A stretch of DNA of 64,000 nt. Source: an uncultured Eubacteriales bacterium. GTDB taxonomy: Bacteria > Acidobacteriota > Aminicenantia > Aminicenantales > Aminicenantaceae. The position numbers and the translations under genes were made by a program. Below, one piece after another: positions 10,053 to 20,679 of this stretch. The notes beneath the pieces were generated by a model. That model had not been told where the DNA came from. It searched no databases and saw only the letters and a program-made list of their open reading frames with translations. The stretch is from NCBI GenBank assembly GCA_964429695.1, contig CAYSCS010000101.1, positions 19,901 to 83,900 of the forward strand, in the 5' to 3' direction. How positions within the stretch are numbered: the stretch's first letter is position 1; every line of letters starts with the position of its first letter.

Positions 10053-11585
10053 TTATTCCCATTCAATTGTAGCAGGAGGTTTGGTGGTTATATCATATAC
10101 GACTCTATTCACTCCCTTTATCTCATTTACAATCCGGCTCGAGATGCGTCTAAGAAGCCTCGCGCTCGCCGGATACCAGTCAGCTGTCATCCCATCTACG
10201 CTCCTCACCAACCTCACAACTACCACACTCTCATAGGTTCTTCTGTCACCCATCACTCCCACTGATTTCACAGGGAGGAGAACAGGAAAGGCCTGCCACA
10301 GGCTGGGATAGAGTCCGGCCCTTTTGATTTCTTGAAGGAGAATATCATCCGCTTCTCTCAAGAGTTCCACTCTTTTTGGAGTCACCTCTCCCAGAATCCT
10401 TACTGCAAGCCCTGGCCCTGGGAATGGATGCTGGGCGATAAATTCCTTATCTACACCGAGCTCAGCGGCGATCTGCCTCACCTCGTCCTTGAAGAGCTCC
10501 CTGAGGGGCTCAATGATTTTAAATTTATGTTTTCGAGGAAGACCTCCTACGTTATGGTGAGACTTTATCCTTGCCGAAGGACCCTTTACAGATATACTCT
10601 CAATCACATCAGGATAAATCGTTCCCTGAACCAGAAATTCAACATTTCCTATTTTTTCTGCTTCTTTCTCGAAGATACGGATGAAAAGCTCTCCTATCAG
10701 TTTCCTCTTCCTTTCAGGAGAAACGATGCCCTTCAGCCTGCGCAGAAAAAGTTGCGAGGCATCCACTCCAATCACCTTGAGCGAGAGCTTCTTCTTGAAC
10801 TTTTTCATCAGCTCTTCAAATTGACCCTTCCTGAGGAGGCCGTTGTCCACGAAAATACAGGAAAGATTATCTCCCACTGCCTTCTTGACAATGAGGGAAG
10901 CCACTAACGAATCAACTCCACCACTCAAGCCACAGAAGATGCGTTTTCCGCGAACTCTTTCACGAATCTCCTCGACTTTCCTTTCCACAAAAGATTCCAT
11001 ATTCCATTCGGGTTTCAATCCTGCCAGGGTAAAGAGAAAGTTGGAAAGCACCTTTTTGCCTTCTCGAGTATGGATGACTTCAGGATGAAATTGGACTCCA
11101 AAGAGCTTCCTCTCCCTGGATTCGATGACGGCGAGTTCTGAATTTTCTGTTTCTCCAGAAATTATGAATCCTGGAGGCGGCTCAACGACTTTATCTCCAT
11201 GGCTCATCCACACCTCTCCACCTGCTTTTATTCCCTGGAGTAACCCCTCCTTCCACAATGGCTTAAGTCGGGCAAACCCATACTCCCTCTTTGCGGAAGG
11301 GGTCACTTTACCGCCTAAAAGATGGGCCATGATTTGTAAGCCGTAACATATGCCCAAAATAGGAATCCCGAGTTTGAAGATGGACCTTCCAAGAAGGGGT
11401 GCATTCCTTTCATAAACGCTTCCCGGACCCCCGGAAAGGATTATCGCCTGAGGATTTAGGGTTTTTATCCTCTCTGGGGTGAGATTGAATGGCCATATCT
11501 CTGAATAAACTCCAAGCTCTCTAATCTTTCTTGCGATGAGCTGGGTATACTGGGAACCAAAATCCAGGATGATGACTTTATTCAC
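10053..11585 (-). CDS. guaA: GMP synthase (glutamine-hydrolysing)
   Basis: The N-terminal GATase begins '[30 protein letters not shown]'. The ATP-PPase motif '[11 protein letters not shown]' is present, and the C-terminal end 'PPATIEWE' is the conserved GuaA terminus. Confidence 0.95.
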   Translation of the reverse strand: MNKVIILDFGSQYTQLIARKIRELGVYSEIWPFNLTPERIKTLNPQAIILSGGPGSVYERNAPLLGRSIFKLGIPILGICYGLQIMAHLLGGKVTPSAKREYGFARLKPLWKEGLLQGIKAGGEVWMSHGDKVVEPPPGFIISGETENSELAVIESRERKLFGVQFHPEVIHTREGKKVLSNFLFTLAGLKPEWNMESFVERKVEEIRERVRGKRIFCGLSGGVDSLVASLIVKKAVGDNLSCIFVDNGLLRKGQFEELMKKFKKKLSLKVIGVDASQLFLRRLKGIVSPERKRKLIGELFIRIFEKEAEKIGNVEFLVQGTIYPDVIESISVKGPSARIKSHHNVGGLPRKHKFKIIEPLRELFKDEVRQIAAELGVDKEFIAQHPFPGPGLAVRILGEVTPKRVELLREADDILLQEIKRAGLYPSLWQAFPVLLPVKSVGVMGDRRTYESVVVVRLVRSVDGMTADWYPASARLLRRISSRIVNEIKGVNRVVYDITTKPPATIEWE

Positions 11586-12044
11586 GCTCTGATTTTAACA
11601 TGAAGGGGGAAAAAATCCTATCCTTCTTGAAGGATGAGAAGGTAGAGATGAGTCATGAAAAAGAGCCTGCTTTTTGCAGAGAGAGTCTTTAATAAATTCT
11701 CTTCTTATAATCAGCATATTAAAAAACAGGTTATATGAAACCTCTGTGGTTAAGGATGAAAATAGAAAATATTTTGGGCACAGGGTAAGTCCAAAGCCTC
11801 AAGCCATAAATTACCAGTATGTTCAATTTTACATTTCTAAAGAGATAAATTATATGCGGCTTAGACTCTTCCTTAGCTCCGGTGAGAAAGAGGCTCTTTC
11901 GCCCTCCAGAGGGAACCTATTCTCTTCTCATTTACACTCTTAAAAAGAGAAGAGAGTCTACAAAAAATCCCTGGCCGAGAAAAAATTAAGCCTTCAAGAA
12001 AGGCTATTAAATTGACTTAACCACTTTAATTTCATATAGTTTCT

Positions 12045-13250
12045 ATGATGAACTGGGAAAAGCTTGCCAGAGAGCTAGTTCAAGAAACTGAATCTAAGAT
12101 AATCCTTCTCGTTCTGGATGGACTAGGCGACCTGCCTCTAGAGGGGAGGACTCCTCTTGAAGCGGCGCACAAACCCAATCTCGATCAACTTGCGGCAAAG
12201 AGTGTCTGCGGCCTTACTGACCCCATATTTAGAGGGATTACTCCAGGCAGCGGCCCTTCTCATCTTGCTCTCTTCGGCTATGATCCCTTGAAATACATCC
12301 TGGGGAGGGGAATTCTTGAGGCTCTTGGTCTGGGTGTTGAAGTCAGGGGAGAGGATTTAGTCGCCAGAGGAAATTTTGCCACCCTGAAAGATGGCCTCAT
12401 CGTCGACCGCAGGGCAGGAAGAATTTCCTCAATTGAAAACGAAAAGCTCTGCGCAAGGCTCAACGAGTCTCTGAGAAAGAGAAAAGGAGTGGGAATCACT
12501 CTTTTTCCAGGGAAAGAACACAGATTTGTGGCTAGATTCAGAGGGAAAAACCTTTCAGATTCCCTGAGCGATGCAGACCCCCAGAAAGAGAAAAATCCCC
12601 TGACCTATACAGAGCCACTCCATGAGGAAGCCAGGGAAACAGCAGTCCTCATCAACCGCTTCATCGATGAGGTCACAGAGATTCTGAAGGATTCACCGAA
12701 AGCAAACACAATCCTCCTCAGAGGATTTTCCAAACTTCCCTCCTTGCCCACCTTTTCCGAATTGTATGCACTCAAGGCTGCAGCGATAGCCAGCTATCCA
12801 ATGTACAAAGGATTGGCGCGGCTTTTGGGAATGGAGGTCGTTGAAGCGAACGAATCTCTGGAAGAGCTTTTTCTTGCCCTTGAAAATAATTACCAAAAAT
12901 ACAATTTCTTCTATCTCCATGTGAAAAAGACAGATACAGCAGGGGAAGACGGTAATTTTGAGGCAAAAAAGAAAGCAATCGAAGAAGTGGATGAATTCAT
13001 CCCCCGGCTTGTTGCCTTGAAGCCTGAAGTGCTGGTGATTACTTCCGACCATTCTACTCCTTGCCTTTTAAAATCCCACTCCTGGCATCCCAATCCTCTT
13101 CTTCTCTTCTCTCGAACATGTATACCGGATGAGGTGGAAATCTTCACAGAAAGAGGATGCAGTAGGGGATATTTAGGAAGATTTGAAGCCATTTATCTCA
13201 TGCCCTTAATACTCGCCCATGCAGGTAAATTAAAGAAATTTGGAGCATGA
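12045..13250 (+). CDS. apgM: Cofactor-independent phosphoglycerate mutase, archaeal-type (ApgM family)
   Basis: Carries 'ILLVLDGLGD' metal-binding motif and a 'VITSDHSTP' phosphatase-like motif. At ~400 aa this is ApgM/BpgM-like rather than GpmI-like. Confidence 0.8.
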   Translation: MMNWEKLARELVQETESKIILLVLDGLGDLPLEGRTPLEAAHKPNLDQLAAKSVCGLTDPIFRGITPGSGPSHLALFGYDPLKYILGRGILEALGLGVEVRGEDLVARGNFATLKDGLIVDRRAGRISSIENEKLCARLNESLRKRKGVGITLFPGKEHRFVARFRGKNLSDSLSDADPQKEKNPLTYTEPLHEEARETAVLINRFIDEVTEILKDSPKANTILLRGFSKLPSLPTFSELYALKAAAIASYPMYKGLARLLGMEVVEANESLEELFLALENNYQKYNFFYLHVKKTDTAGEDGNFEAKKKAIEEVDEFIPRLVALKPEVLVITSDHSTPCLLKSHSWHPNPLLLFSRTCIPDEVEIFTERGCSRGYLGRFEAIYLMPLILAHAGKLKKFGA

Positions 13251-13294
13251 TTAAGACTTAATTATTTATTACTTAATTTATAGAAATAATATAA

Positions 13295-14440
13295 ATGCTT
13301 CAGAAGCGAATCTTCATCTCAAGTGTTGTTTTTCTTCATATTCTTCTCTTCGCCTCTTTTTCTGATAAGAGAAAAGAAGTCTCAAACCTTCGCTACTACT
13401 CCCACCCCACCCATACTCGGATCGTGGTCGATATGGAAGAGCTCAGAGAATATAGTTTCAAGGAGCTTCCTGCACCTGATCGCATCTATGTCGACATCTA
13501 CCAGGCAAGGCTCAACCCCCTCCTTCATAACAAGACTTTTTCCGTCTCTAACGAATACATAACTCAGGTGAGGATAGCTCAGACGACATCTTCAACAGTA
13601 AGGGTAGTGGTGGACCTCGATTTCAGTAAAATAAAGCGCTATCATGTGTGGCATATCTTTGACCCTTTCCGGGTGGTGGTGGACATCTATCCAACGCTAA
13701 AAATACCTGAACCCCCTCAACCAGCCAAAGAAGGCTACAGCATGGCAAGGCAGCTCGGCTTGGGAATCAAGACTATTGTCCTTGACCCCGGACATGGAGG
13801 AAAAGACCCGGGCTGCATAGGTAAAAATGGCCTCCAAGAAAAGGAAATAGTCCTCGATGTCTGCTTGCGACTCAAAAAGCTCTTTGAAGAGAGAAAAGAC
13901 CTGGAAACAATCCTCACCAGGGAGAAAGACATCTTCATTCCTCTTGAACAGAGAACCGTGATTGCTAATCAGAAAAGGGCGGATCTTTTCATTTCCATCC
14001 ATGTTAACTCAAGCTATGATAAAAGACGCTCTGGAGTGGAAACCTTCTATCTCAATTTCAGCCATGACCCCTCGGTAAATGAGATTGCTGCTCGCGAAAA
14101 CGCAACCTCCACCAAAAACATCAACGAGATGAAGTTGATAATCGAAAAAATTATCCAGAACAGTAAGATCGTCGAATCAAAGGAACTCGCGGAAAGAATC
14201 CAAAAGAATATGATAAAAACACTCTCAAAAAAATACCCAGAGATAAGAAGCCTTGGCGTCAAGGGAGGGCCTTTCTGGGTTTTGATTGGGGGAGAAATGC
14301 CTTCTATCCTGATAGAGATTTCCCATCTAAGTAATCCAAAAGAAAGCGAACTCCTAAAGACGCAAGAGTACAGGGAACAAATCTCCCGTGGAGTCTACGA
14401 AGGCATCCTAGAATACATTCAATCTCTGGGGAAAGGATAA
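13295..14440 (+). CDS. N-acetylmuramoyl-L-alanine amidase (Amidase_3) with an N-terminal AMIN domain
   Basis: There is an N-terminal signal. The catalytic domain shows 'IVLDPGHGGKDPGCIG'...'FISIHVNS'...'ETFYL'. The architecture is AmiC-like. Confidence 0.85.
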   Translation: MLQKRIFISSVVFLHILLFASFSDKRKEVSNLRYYSHPTHTRIVVDMEELREYSFKELPAPDRIYVDIYQARLNPLLHNKTFSVSNEYITQVRIAQTTSSTVRVVVDLDFSKIKRYHVWHIFDPFRVVVDIYPTLKIPEPPQPAKEGYSMARQLGLGIKTIVLDPGHGGKDPGCIGKNGLQEKEIVLDVCLRLKKLFEERKDLETILTREKDIFIPLEQRTVIANQKRADLFISIHVNSSYDKRRSGVETFYLNFSHDPSVNEIAARENATSTKNINEMKLIIEKIIQNSKIVESKELAERIQKNMIKTLSKKYPEIRSLGVKGGPFWVLIGGEMPSILIEISHLSNPKESELLKTQEYREQISRGVYEGILEYIQSLGKG

Positions 14441-14445
14441 TTGCA

Positions 14446-15333
14446 ATGAAGAGAAGAGATTTTCTGAAAGAAATAGCCATAGGAAGCCTGATGATGAAGT
14501 TTAATCCCTCTCTTCTTAAGAGCGAAAAAAACAGTCCCGACCTTTCTCTCGTGCAGGGAGAATCTCCCTCTGAAATAACCAAGGAAGCCGTGGCTTTGCT
14601 GGGGGGTATGACACGCTTCGTTTCCCGAGGAGACGTAGTCCTCATCAAACCGAATATTGGCTGGGATAGAACACCTGAACAGGGGGCCTGTACCAACCCC
14701 GCTGTTGTTTCCACCCTCGTTGAGCTCTGCTTGAATTCTGGCGCTAAGGAGGTGAAGGTTCTTGACAACACCATCAACCCCCCTCAAAAAACGTACGCTC
14801 GTTCTGGAATCGCAGAAGCGGCACAAAAAGCTGGAGCCAAGGTTCTTTTTGCCAATCCCCATCGCTTAAGAAAAATGGCCATCGGTGGAGAATGGCTCAA
14901 GGAATGGGAGGTTTTCACAGATTTTGTGGAAGCAGACAAGCTCATCAATGTCCCTGTGGCCAAGACGCACAGCCTCTCAAGGGTTACGCTGGGGATGAAG
15001 AACTGGCTGGGTGCAATTGGCGGAAAGCGCAATCAGCTCCATCAGAACCTCGACCCTGCCATGATTGACCTTGCCGCCTTTTTCAATCCCTGTCTTACAG
15101 TCCTCGATGCCTACAGGATTCTCGTCCGAAACGGCCCTCAAGGAGGACGCCTTTCCGATACTCAATTATTCAAGAAAGTGGTGGCAGGTGTGGATTATGT
15201 GGCTGTGGATTCTATGGGAGCAACCTTCTTCGGCATAAGGCCTGAAGAACTGCGGTACCTTGAACTGGCAAAGCAAAAGGGACTGGGAGAGAACAATCTG
15301 GAGAAATTGAAAATTGAAGAAAAGAAGGTCTAA
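14446..15333 (+). CDS. DUF362-domain protein with a twin-arginine (TAT) signal peptide
   Basis: The N-terminus 'MKRRDFLKEIAIGSLMM' fits the TAT RRxFLK consensus. A DUF362-like core reads 'VLIKPNIGWDR...NVPVAKTHS'. The gene lies 5 nt after the amidase. Confidence 0.7.
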   Translation: MKRRDFLKEIAIGSLMMKFNPSLLKSEKNSPDLSLVQGESPSEITKEAVALLGGMTRFVSRGDVVLIKPNIGWDRTPEQGACTNPAVVSTLVELCLNSGAKEVKVLDNTINPPQKTYARSGIAEAAQKAGAKVLFANPHRLRKMAIGGEWLKEWEVFTDFVEADKLINVPVAKTHSLSRVTLGMKNWLGAIGGKRNQLHQNLDPAMIDLAAFFNPCLTVLDAYRILVRNGPQGGRLSDTQLFKKVVAGVDYVAVDSMGATFFGIRPEELRYLELAKQKGLGENNLEKLKIEEKKV

Positions 15334-16906
15334 AAAATATCAAATCATCCAGACACTCCGCATTCTCAGTCAAATACTTTTCTTTGGAATCTTTCTCTAC
15401 CTTCTAGTGAATACCCACTTCCCTGGAGAAGATTACATTGGAAAAGTGGAGATCTTCTTCCACTTCGACCCTCTCCTCGCTCTGGTTACTATCCTCGCTT
15501 CAAGAACCGTCTTCCTTTCTTTTATCTTCGCTTCGCTCACTCTAATCCTCACCTTTGTCATGGGCAGAGTCGTTTGTGGCTGGGTCTGTCCTCTGGGGTC
15601 AATCCACCAGTTCTTTTCTTTTCTCTTCAAGAAATCAAGGCTCCTTCGTCCTAAAAAAGCCAAAGATAACCACACAGTCTGGAAATACTATCTTTTAGCC
15701 ATACTCCTTGTCTGTTCTTTGCTAACCCTTGATCTTGTGGGCATCCTTGACCCCCTTTCCCTCCTCTACCGCTCCTTTACCATAAGCATCTTGCCTTCTC
15801 TCGATTACAGCTTCAATGCCTTTCTCAACCTCTTATACAAAATAAAGCTAAGCTCTTTTGGAGACAATCTCGTCCAGTTTTTTAAGACTCTGGCCATAAA
15901 TCCCATCTTCCACCAGGGTTTTTTCATCGGAATAATCTTCATCAGCCTTGTCCTTCTGAATGTTGTTCGAGAGAGATTCTGGTGTCGTTTCCTCTGTCCT
16001 CTTGGTGCCTTTCTCGGAATCTGCGCGAGATGGAATGTACTCAAGCTCCGAATTGACGAGAAAAAATGCATCGAATGTGGTCTTTGCAACCTTCATTGTG
16101 AGACTCAGGCAAACCCCTTCCCCGAGGATGAATGGAGAAGTCCAGAATGCGTTTATTGTTTCACCTGTAGTTCCCTATGCCCCACAAGCGCCATCTCCTT
16201 TCCGATGAAATCTGGACCTGAGGAAATTCAAAAAATCAACTTCTCGCGAAGAAGGCTAATTTTAACCTCTCTTCTGGGGGTTATTGCCACGCCTTTCTTC
16301 AGGTTAAGCCCTGGAGCAAGGCGAGCCTCCCCGAGACTAATTCGCCCCCCCGGTGCTCTTTCAGAAAGCACTTTCCTCCAGAAATGCGTCAAATGCGGAC
16401 AATGCATGAAAGTCTGCCCCACCAATGCTCTCCAGCCCGCTCTGGGCGAGGCAGGTGCAGAGGGAATCTGGACTCCTATTCTCGTACCCAAGATTGGTTA
16501 TTGTGAATACTATTGCTCCCTCTGCTCCCAGGTTTGCCCTACAGGAGCGATACAGGAGCTCACAGTGGAACAGAAGCTCCAGACGAAGATAGGAACGGCT
16601 TGGGTTGATAAAAACCGCTGCATACCTTATAACCTGGGGACTCCCTGCATAGTCTGTGAGGAACATTGTCCAACTTCGCCCAAAGCGATAAAGCTGGTAG
16701 AGACAGCAGTCAAGACCCCTGAAGGCTCGATTAAAACTCCCAAGGCGCCTCATGTGGACCAGAAGATCTGCATAGGATGTGGGATATGTGAGAATAAATG
16801 CCCTGTGGTAGATTCCCCTGCCATCTATGTGACGAGTGTCGGAGAAAGCCGTTCAGAGCAGAATCAGATGCTCCTCGACCTCCTCATCGAAGAAGAGATC
16901 CAGTGA
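15314..16906 (+). CDS. Membrane-bound poly-[4Fe-4S] ferredoxin (NapH/MauN/CcoG-like) with ~6 Cys4 motifs and N-terminal transmembrane helices
   Basis: The TM region carries 'VCGWVCPLG' and 'FWCRFLCPLG', the NapH-family CxxxCP pair. These are followed by CIECGLCNLHCE, CVYCFTCSSLCP, a further hydrophobic helix, then CVKCGQCMKVCP, CSLCSQVCP, CIVCEEHCP and CIGCGICENKCP. It overlaps the DUF362 gene by 20 nt. Confidence 0.8.
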   Translation: MKKRRSKKYQIIQTLRILSQILFFGIFLYLLVNTHFPGEDYIGKVEIFFHFDPLLALVTILASRTVFLSFIFASLTLILTFVMGRVVCGWVCPLGSIHQFFSFLFKKSRLLRPKKAKDNHTVWKYYLLAILLVCSLLTLDLVGILDPLSLLYRSFTISILPSLDYSFNAFLNLLYKIKLSSFGDNLVQFFKTLAINPIFHQGFFIGIIFISLVLLNVVRERFWCRFLCPLGAFLGICARWNVLKLRIDEKKCIECGLCNLHCETQANPFPEDEWRSPECVYCFTCSSLCPTSAISFPMKSGPEEIQKINFSRRRLILTSLLGVIATPFFRLSPGARRASPRLIRPPGALSESTFLQKCVKCGQCMKVCPTNALQPALGEAGAEGIWTPILVPKIGYCEYYCSLCSQVCPTGAIQELTVEQKLQTKIGTAWVDKNRCIPYNLGTPCIVCEEHCPTSPKAIKLVETAVKTPEGSIKTPKAPHVDQKICIGCGICENKCPVVDSPAIYVTSVGESRSEQNQMLLDLLIEEEIQ

Positions 16907-16910
16907 TTAT

Positions 16911-17900
16911 TCATTCAGCAAGGACTTTTTTGAGTTCCTCTTTGAGATAGGGGATAACTTGAAAGAGATCCCCTACAATTCCAAAATCTGCAACCTTGAA
17001 GATTGGTGCCTCAGGATCCTTATTCACGGCCACGATGTGTTTGGAAGAAGACATCCCCGCTAGATGTTGTATTGCCCCTGAAATTCCGAAAGCAAGATAA
17101 AGGTTTGGGGAGACGGTTTTCCCCGTCTGACCAACCTGATGCTGATGGTCAATCCAGCCCGAATCCACTGCAGAGCGCGAGGCTCCTACGGCTGAATGAG
17201 GTAAAATTGCAGCAAGCTCTCTGAGTAATTGAAAATTTTCTGGGCCCTTCATCCCTCTCCCTCCGCTTACCACGATATCTGCCTCGGTGACATCAAGCTC
17301 TGCCCCCTCTTCCTTCAAGACCTCGAGTACTTTTGCCTTTATCTGCTCTTCCTCTACCTTCACCTCTTTCTTGATTATCTCTCCTTGAAATTCTCGAGGC
17401 TCAAGAAGAGGAAAAACATTCGGTCTCAGGGTCGCCATCTGCGGCATGCTCTTTAGCCTGAATGTTGCCAGAGCCTTGCCGGCAAAGATAGGCCTCACAA
17501 CTTCAAGCCTTCCTTCTTTTATTTCAGTCTTTATGCAGTCAGAAGCGAGTCCAACTCCAAGCTTGGCGGCAAGTCGAGGTGCGAGGTCCTTGCCCATGGA
17601 ACTAGCAGAAAAGAAGATAATCTCTGGTTTTATTTCTTCAAACAGAGAAAAAAGAGCCATGGAATATCCCTGAGCTGAGTAGCTGCGGAGGAGCGGGTTC
17701 TCTAAGAGGTAAACTTTGGAAGCCCCATAGCGGAAGACTTCCGGAGCAAGGGAATCTAAATTATCTCCCACCATTACTCCGTAGACTTCAACTCCAAGTT
17801 CTTCTCCTCTTCTCTTCGCTTCAGAGAGAGCCTCAAAAGATGACTTCTTTATTTTTTCTTCTCTAATTTCTATAAAAACAGTAAGCATTATTCCCTCCAA
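16911..17900 (-). CDS. etfA: Electron transfer flavoprotein alpha subunit
   Basis: The C-terminal FAD-binding region reads '[39 protein letters not shown]'. Confidence 0.9.
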   Translation of the reverse strand: MEGIMLTVFIEIREEKIKKSSFEALSEAKRRGEELGVEVYGVMVGDNLDSLAPEVFRYGASKVYLLENPLLRSYSAQGYSMALFSLFEEIKPEIIFFSASSMGKDLAPRLAAKLGVGLASDCIKTEIKEGRLEVVRPIFAGKALATFRLKSMPQMATLRPNVFPLLEPREFQGEIIKKEVKVEEEQIKAKVLEVLKEEGAELDVTEADIVVSGGRGMKGPENFQLLRELAAILPHSAVGASRSAVDSGWIDHQHQVGQTGKTVSPNLYLAFGISGAIQHLAGMSSSKHIVAVNKDPEAPIFKVADFGIVGDLFQVIPYLKEELKKVLAE

Positions 17901-18683
17901 TCAGATAATCTTCGCCTCGTTATGCAAGTATTCGACAAGTTTTCGGGCTGCCTCCTGAGGTTCATCCTTGATTACCCTCCCTCCCTGCCTTGGTGGTGGA
18001 GACTCTAATTTCCTAAGTTCAAGTAGAGGCTGAACCTCTTCCTCTCTAAGTTCTAAATCCGCGAGAGAGATGATGGGGATTTCCTTTTTCTTAGCCAGCA
18101 TGATGCCCTTCAAGGTTTCATAGCGAGGTTCATTCAATCCTTTCTGGGCACTGATTACCGCCGGAAGCGAAAAAGCAACCTTTTCTAATGCTCCCTCAAT
18201 TTCGCGATGGGCGATTCCTCTTTCCCCCTCTATCTCAACTTTGGTGACCACCGTCACTTGCGGCAACTGGAGCAGCTCGGCGACCATCGCCGGAACCTGG
18301 GAGTTGTCAGCCCCCACAGATTGTTTTCCGAAGAAAAGCAAATTGAATTGAGGGAATTTTTTCTGAACCGTGCGTGCGATTATCCTTGCCACCCTCAACC
18401 CGTCATAAGACTCAGCCTTTGTATCTTTCACAAGCAGAGCCTCATCCACTCCCATCGCCAGACATTTCTTGAGCACCACGAGGGCTTCTTCTGGACCAAC
18501 CGAGACGGCGGTTACCTTCCCTCCTTTTGCCTCTCGGAGGCGAAGAGATTCTTCGACTGCATACTCATCGTAAGGACTGATGATGAAATTCAAGCCTTCT
18601 TCGATGATAGAATTTGTTTCATGATTTATGCGTATCTTTGCTTCAGTATCAGGAACCCTTTTTACAAAGACTATAATTTCCAA
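17901..18683 (-). CDS. etfB: Electron transfer flavoprotein beta subunit
   Basis: 'MEIIVFVKRVPDTEAKIRI...' has EtfB-like similarity. It lies directly upstream of and abuts etfA. Confidence 0.9.
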   Translation of the reverse strand: MEIIVFVKRVPDTEAKIRINHETNSIIEEGLNFIISPYDEYAVEESLRLREAKGGKVTAVSVGPEEALVVLKKCLAMGVDEALLVKDTKAESYDGLRVARIIARTVQKKFPQFNLLFFGKQSVGADNSQVPAMVAELLQLPQVTVVTKVEIEGERGIAHREIEGALEKVAFSLPAVISAQKGLNEPRYETLKGIMLAKKKEIPIISLADLELREEEVQPLLELRKLESPPPRQGGRVIKDEPQEAARKLVEYLHNEAKII

Positions 18684-19094
18684 TTAGTCCTCCTTCCCTC
18701 AGGTTGTTAATTATTTTTTATATTCAAGAAAAGTCGCCATTCTTGAAAACATAAATAATATCTCACGAGCTCAAAAACTTCAATCATTAAAAACTTTCCT
18801 AAGGAAGCAATTAGAGGGGAGGGGTTCATTTCTTGCTTTTCCCTCTCCTCTCTTAGCCGGACTTAAGGTCCCCAGCGCCTTTCCGGAGTTTCAGCCATTC
18901 AATTCCCACGCTTAAGATATGGAGTGCTGAATAATACTCCCACACCATGAACGAAGATGGGTAGAGGGGAAAAGGAAGATGGATTACCTTTTCCTCAAGC
19001 TTGAGACTCTCTCCTTTTAAGAAGTAATCACCTTATGGAATTTATCCGCCTGAAACCTTTTCTTATCGCCAGAGCCTCTTAAAGCTAAAAGGCC

Positions 19095-20375
19095 TCATTC
19101 GCTGAATCTCTTCAAGAGAAGAGAGCCATTCGTCCCCCCAAATCCAAATGAATTGCTGAGGGCGTAGTTTATCTCCGCTTTCCTTGCCTTGTTGGGAACA
19201 TAATCCAGGTCACACTCGGGGTCAGGGTATTCATAGTTTATGGTGGGTGGCATGATTTGATATCTCATGCAGAGCGCCGAGATAGCAGTTTCAATCCCTC
19301 CCGCTGCTCCAAGAAGATGACCGGTCATTGATTTAGTTGAATTTACACCTATTTTATAGGCATGTTCCCCAAAAACACGCTTGATAGCCAGCGTCTCAAT
19401 CTTATCGTTATAAGGAGTTGAAGTCCCATGAGCATTGATATAATCAACCTCACTGGGGTCAACTCCTGCATCTTGAAGTGCCCAGCGCATCACATTCACA
19501 GCCCCTTCTCCGTCCAGGCAAGGAGCAGCCACATGATACGCATCCCCACTCATCCCGTAGCCCACAATTTCTGCATATATCTTTGCCCCGCGCTTCAAGG
19601 CAACTCTCAATTCCTCAAGAATCACAATACCTGCTCCCTCGCTCATGACGAAACCATCGCGCTTGGCATCAAAGGGTCGAGATGCCTTCTGAGGCTCATC
19701 ATTTCTTTCTGAAAGAGCTCTCATCGCACAAAAACCCGCCAGCCCCAGAGGAGTGATGGGAGCCTCTGCTCCTCCTGCAATCATCCTGTCTGCATCCCCC
19801 CTAGCAATTATTTTAAAAGAGTCGCCTATGGCATGGGTACCGGTGGTACATGCAGTGGCGGGGGAGGAATTGGGGCCCTTTGACCTGTACCTGATTGAAA
19901 TTTGCCCTGCAGCTTCGTTAATGATAGTAGAAACAAGAAAAAATGGAGAAACTCTTCCCGGACCCTTCTCCAGCAATACTTTATGATTCTCTTCGATTGA
20001 ACCTATTCCTCCTATTCCTGAGCCCACATAAACCCCGCACCTCTCCCCCTCAAGCATCTCCAGAGGAATCTCTGCGTCTTCTACCGCAAGCTGAGCCGCA
20101 GCAAGGGCATACTGGATGAAAAGATCCATCTTCTTAACTTCACGCCTATCAATAAACAGCAAGGGGTCAAAATCTTTAACCTCACCCGCAATCTTCGTCG
20201 GGAAATTGCTGACATCAAATCGAGAAATCAACCCGATTCCGCTTTCTCCTCTAAGAAGTGCCTCCCAGTTCTTCTCGTTTCCCACGCCCAAAGGAGAGAC
20301 CATCCCCACTCCAGTTATCACTACCCGTCGCGAGGAGAGATTTGTATGGGATGAAAGCGAGTTTCCCATTCTCAA
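19095..20375 (-). CDS. fabF: 3-oxoacyl-[acyl-carrier-protein] synthase II
   Basis: 'RVVITGVGMVSPLGVG' is present. The ketosynthase active-site region 'SSPATACTTGTHAIG' and the C-terminal 'HGTSTP...GHLLGAAG' are both present. Confidence 0.92.
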   Translation of the reverse strand: MRMGNSLSSHTNLSSRRVVITGVGMVSPLGVGNEKNWEALLRGESGIGLISRFDVSNFPTKIAGEVKDFDPLLFIDRREVKKMDLFIQYALAAAQLAVEDAEIPLEMLEGERCGVYVGSGIGGIGSIEENHKVLLEKGPGRVSPFFLVSTIINEAAGQISIRYRSKGPNSSPATACTTGTHAIGDSFKIIARGDADRMIAGGAEAPITPLGLAGFCAMRALSERNDEPQKASRPFDAKRDGFVMSEGAGIVILEELRVALKRGAKIYAEIVGYGMSGDAYHVAAPCLDGEGAVNVMRWALQDAGVDPSEVDYINAHGTSTPYNDKIETLAIKRVFGEHAYKIGVNSTKSMTGHLLGAAGGIETAISALCMRYQIMPPTINYEYPDPECDLDYVPNKARKAEINYALSNSFGFGGTNGSLLLKRFSE

Positions 20376-20384
20376 AGGCCTTTC

Positions 20385-20633
20385 TTATTTCTTTGCGAGG
20401 CGCTCGAGAATATAATCCAAGGCTTTTCCGACTGTGGTCAGTTTTTCTGCATCTTCATCCGGGATATCAAGGTCAAATTCATCCTCCAGAGCCATGACGA
20501 GTTCCACTGTATCCAATGAATCAGCTCCTAAATCATCGATAAAAGAGGCATCTTCTGTGATTTGATCCTCATTGATGCTCAGCTTATCTGCAACAATCTC
20601 CTTCAATTTCTTAAGTAACTCGTCTCTTTCCAT
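20385..20633 (-). CDS. acpP: Acyl carrier protein
   Basis: 82 aa, carrying '[20 protein letters not shown]' with the phosphopantetheine Ser in a DSLD context. Confidence 0.95.
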   Translation of the reverse strand: MERDELLKKLKEIVADKLSINEDQITEDASFIDDLGADSLDTVELVMALEDEFDLDIPDEDAEKLTTVGKALDYILERLAKK

Positions 20634-20679
20634 TTTTCCTCCTCTTAAGTAGGATTTTTATGAAAACATTCTTTGCAGG

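Noticed and set aside
10332-10907. 191-aa + strand ORF antisense within guaA.
   Set aside because: It is fully embedded in the conserved GMP synthase gene and its composition reflects the antisense of the coding strand. It is not a gene.
11900-11970. Imperfect hairpin ('tctcttctc...gagaagaga') in the guaA/apgM divergent intergenic region, considered as a terminator or riboswitch.
   Set aside because: The loop is long, at about 17 nt. No U-tract follows on either strand. No purine-riboswitch consensus is visible. There is too little support.
16911-18683. etfBA considered as part of a FixABCX-like bifurcating module with the polyferredoxin.
   Set aside because: etfBA are on the opposite strand (convergent) and no fixC/fixX (Etf-QO) genes are adjacent. 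Linkage is by proximity only, so they are reported as separate units.
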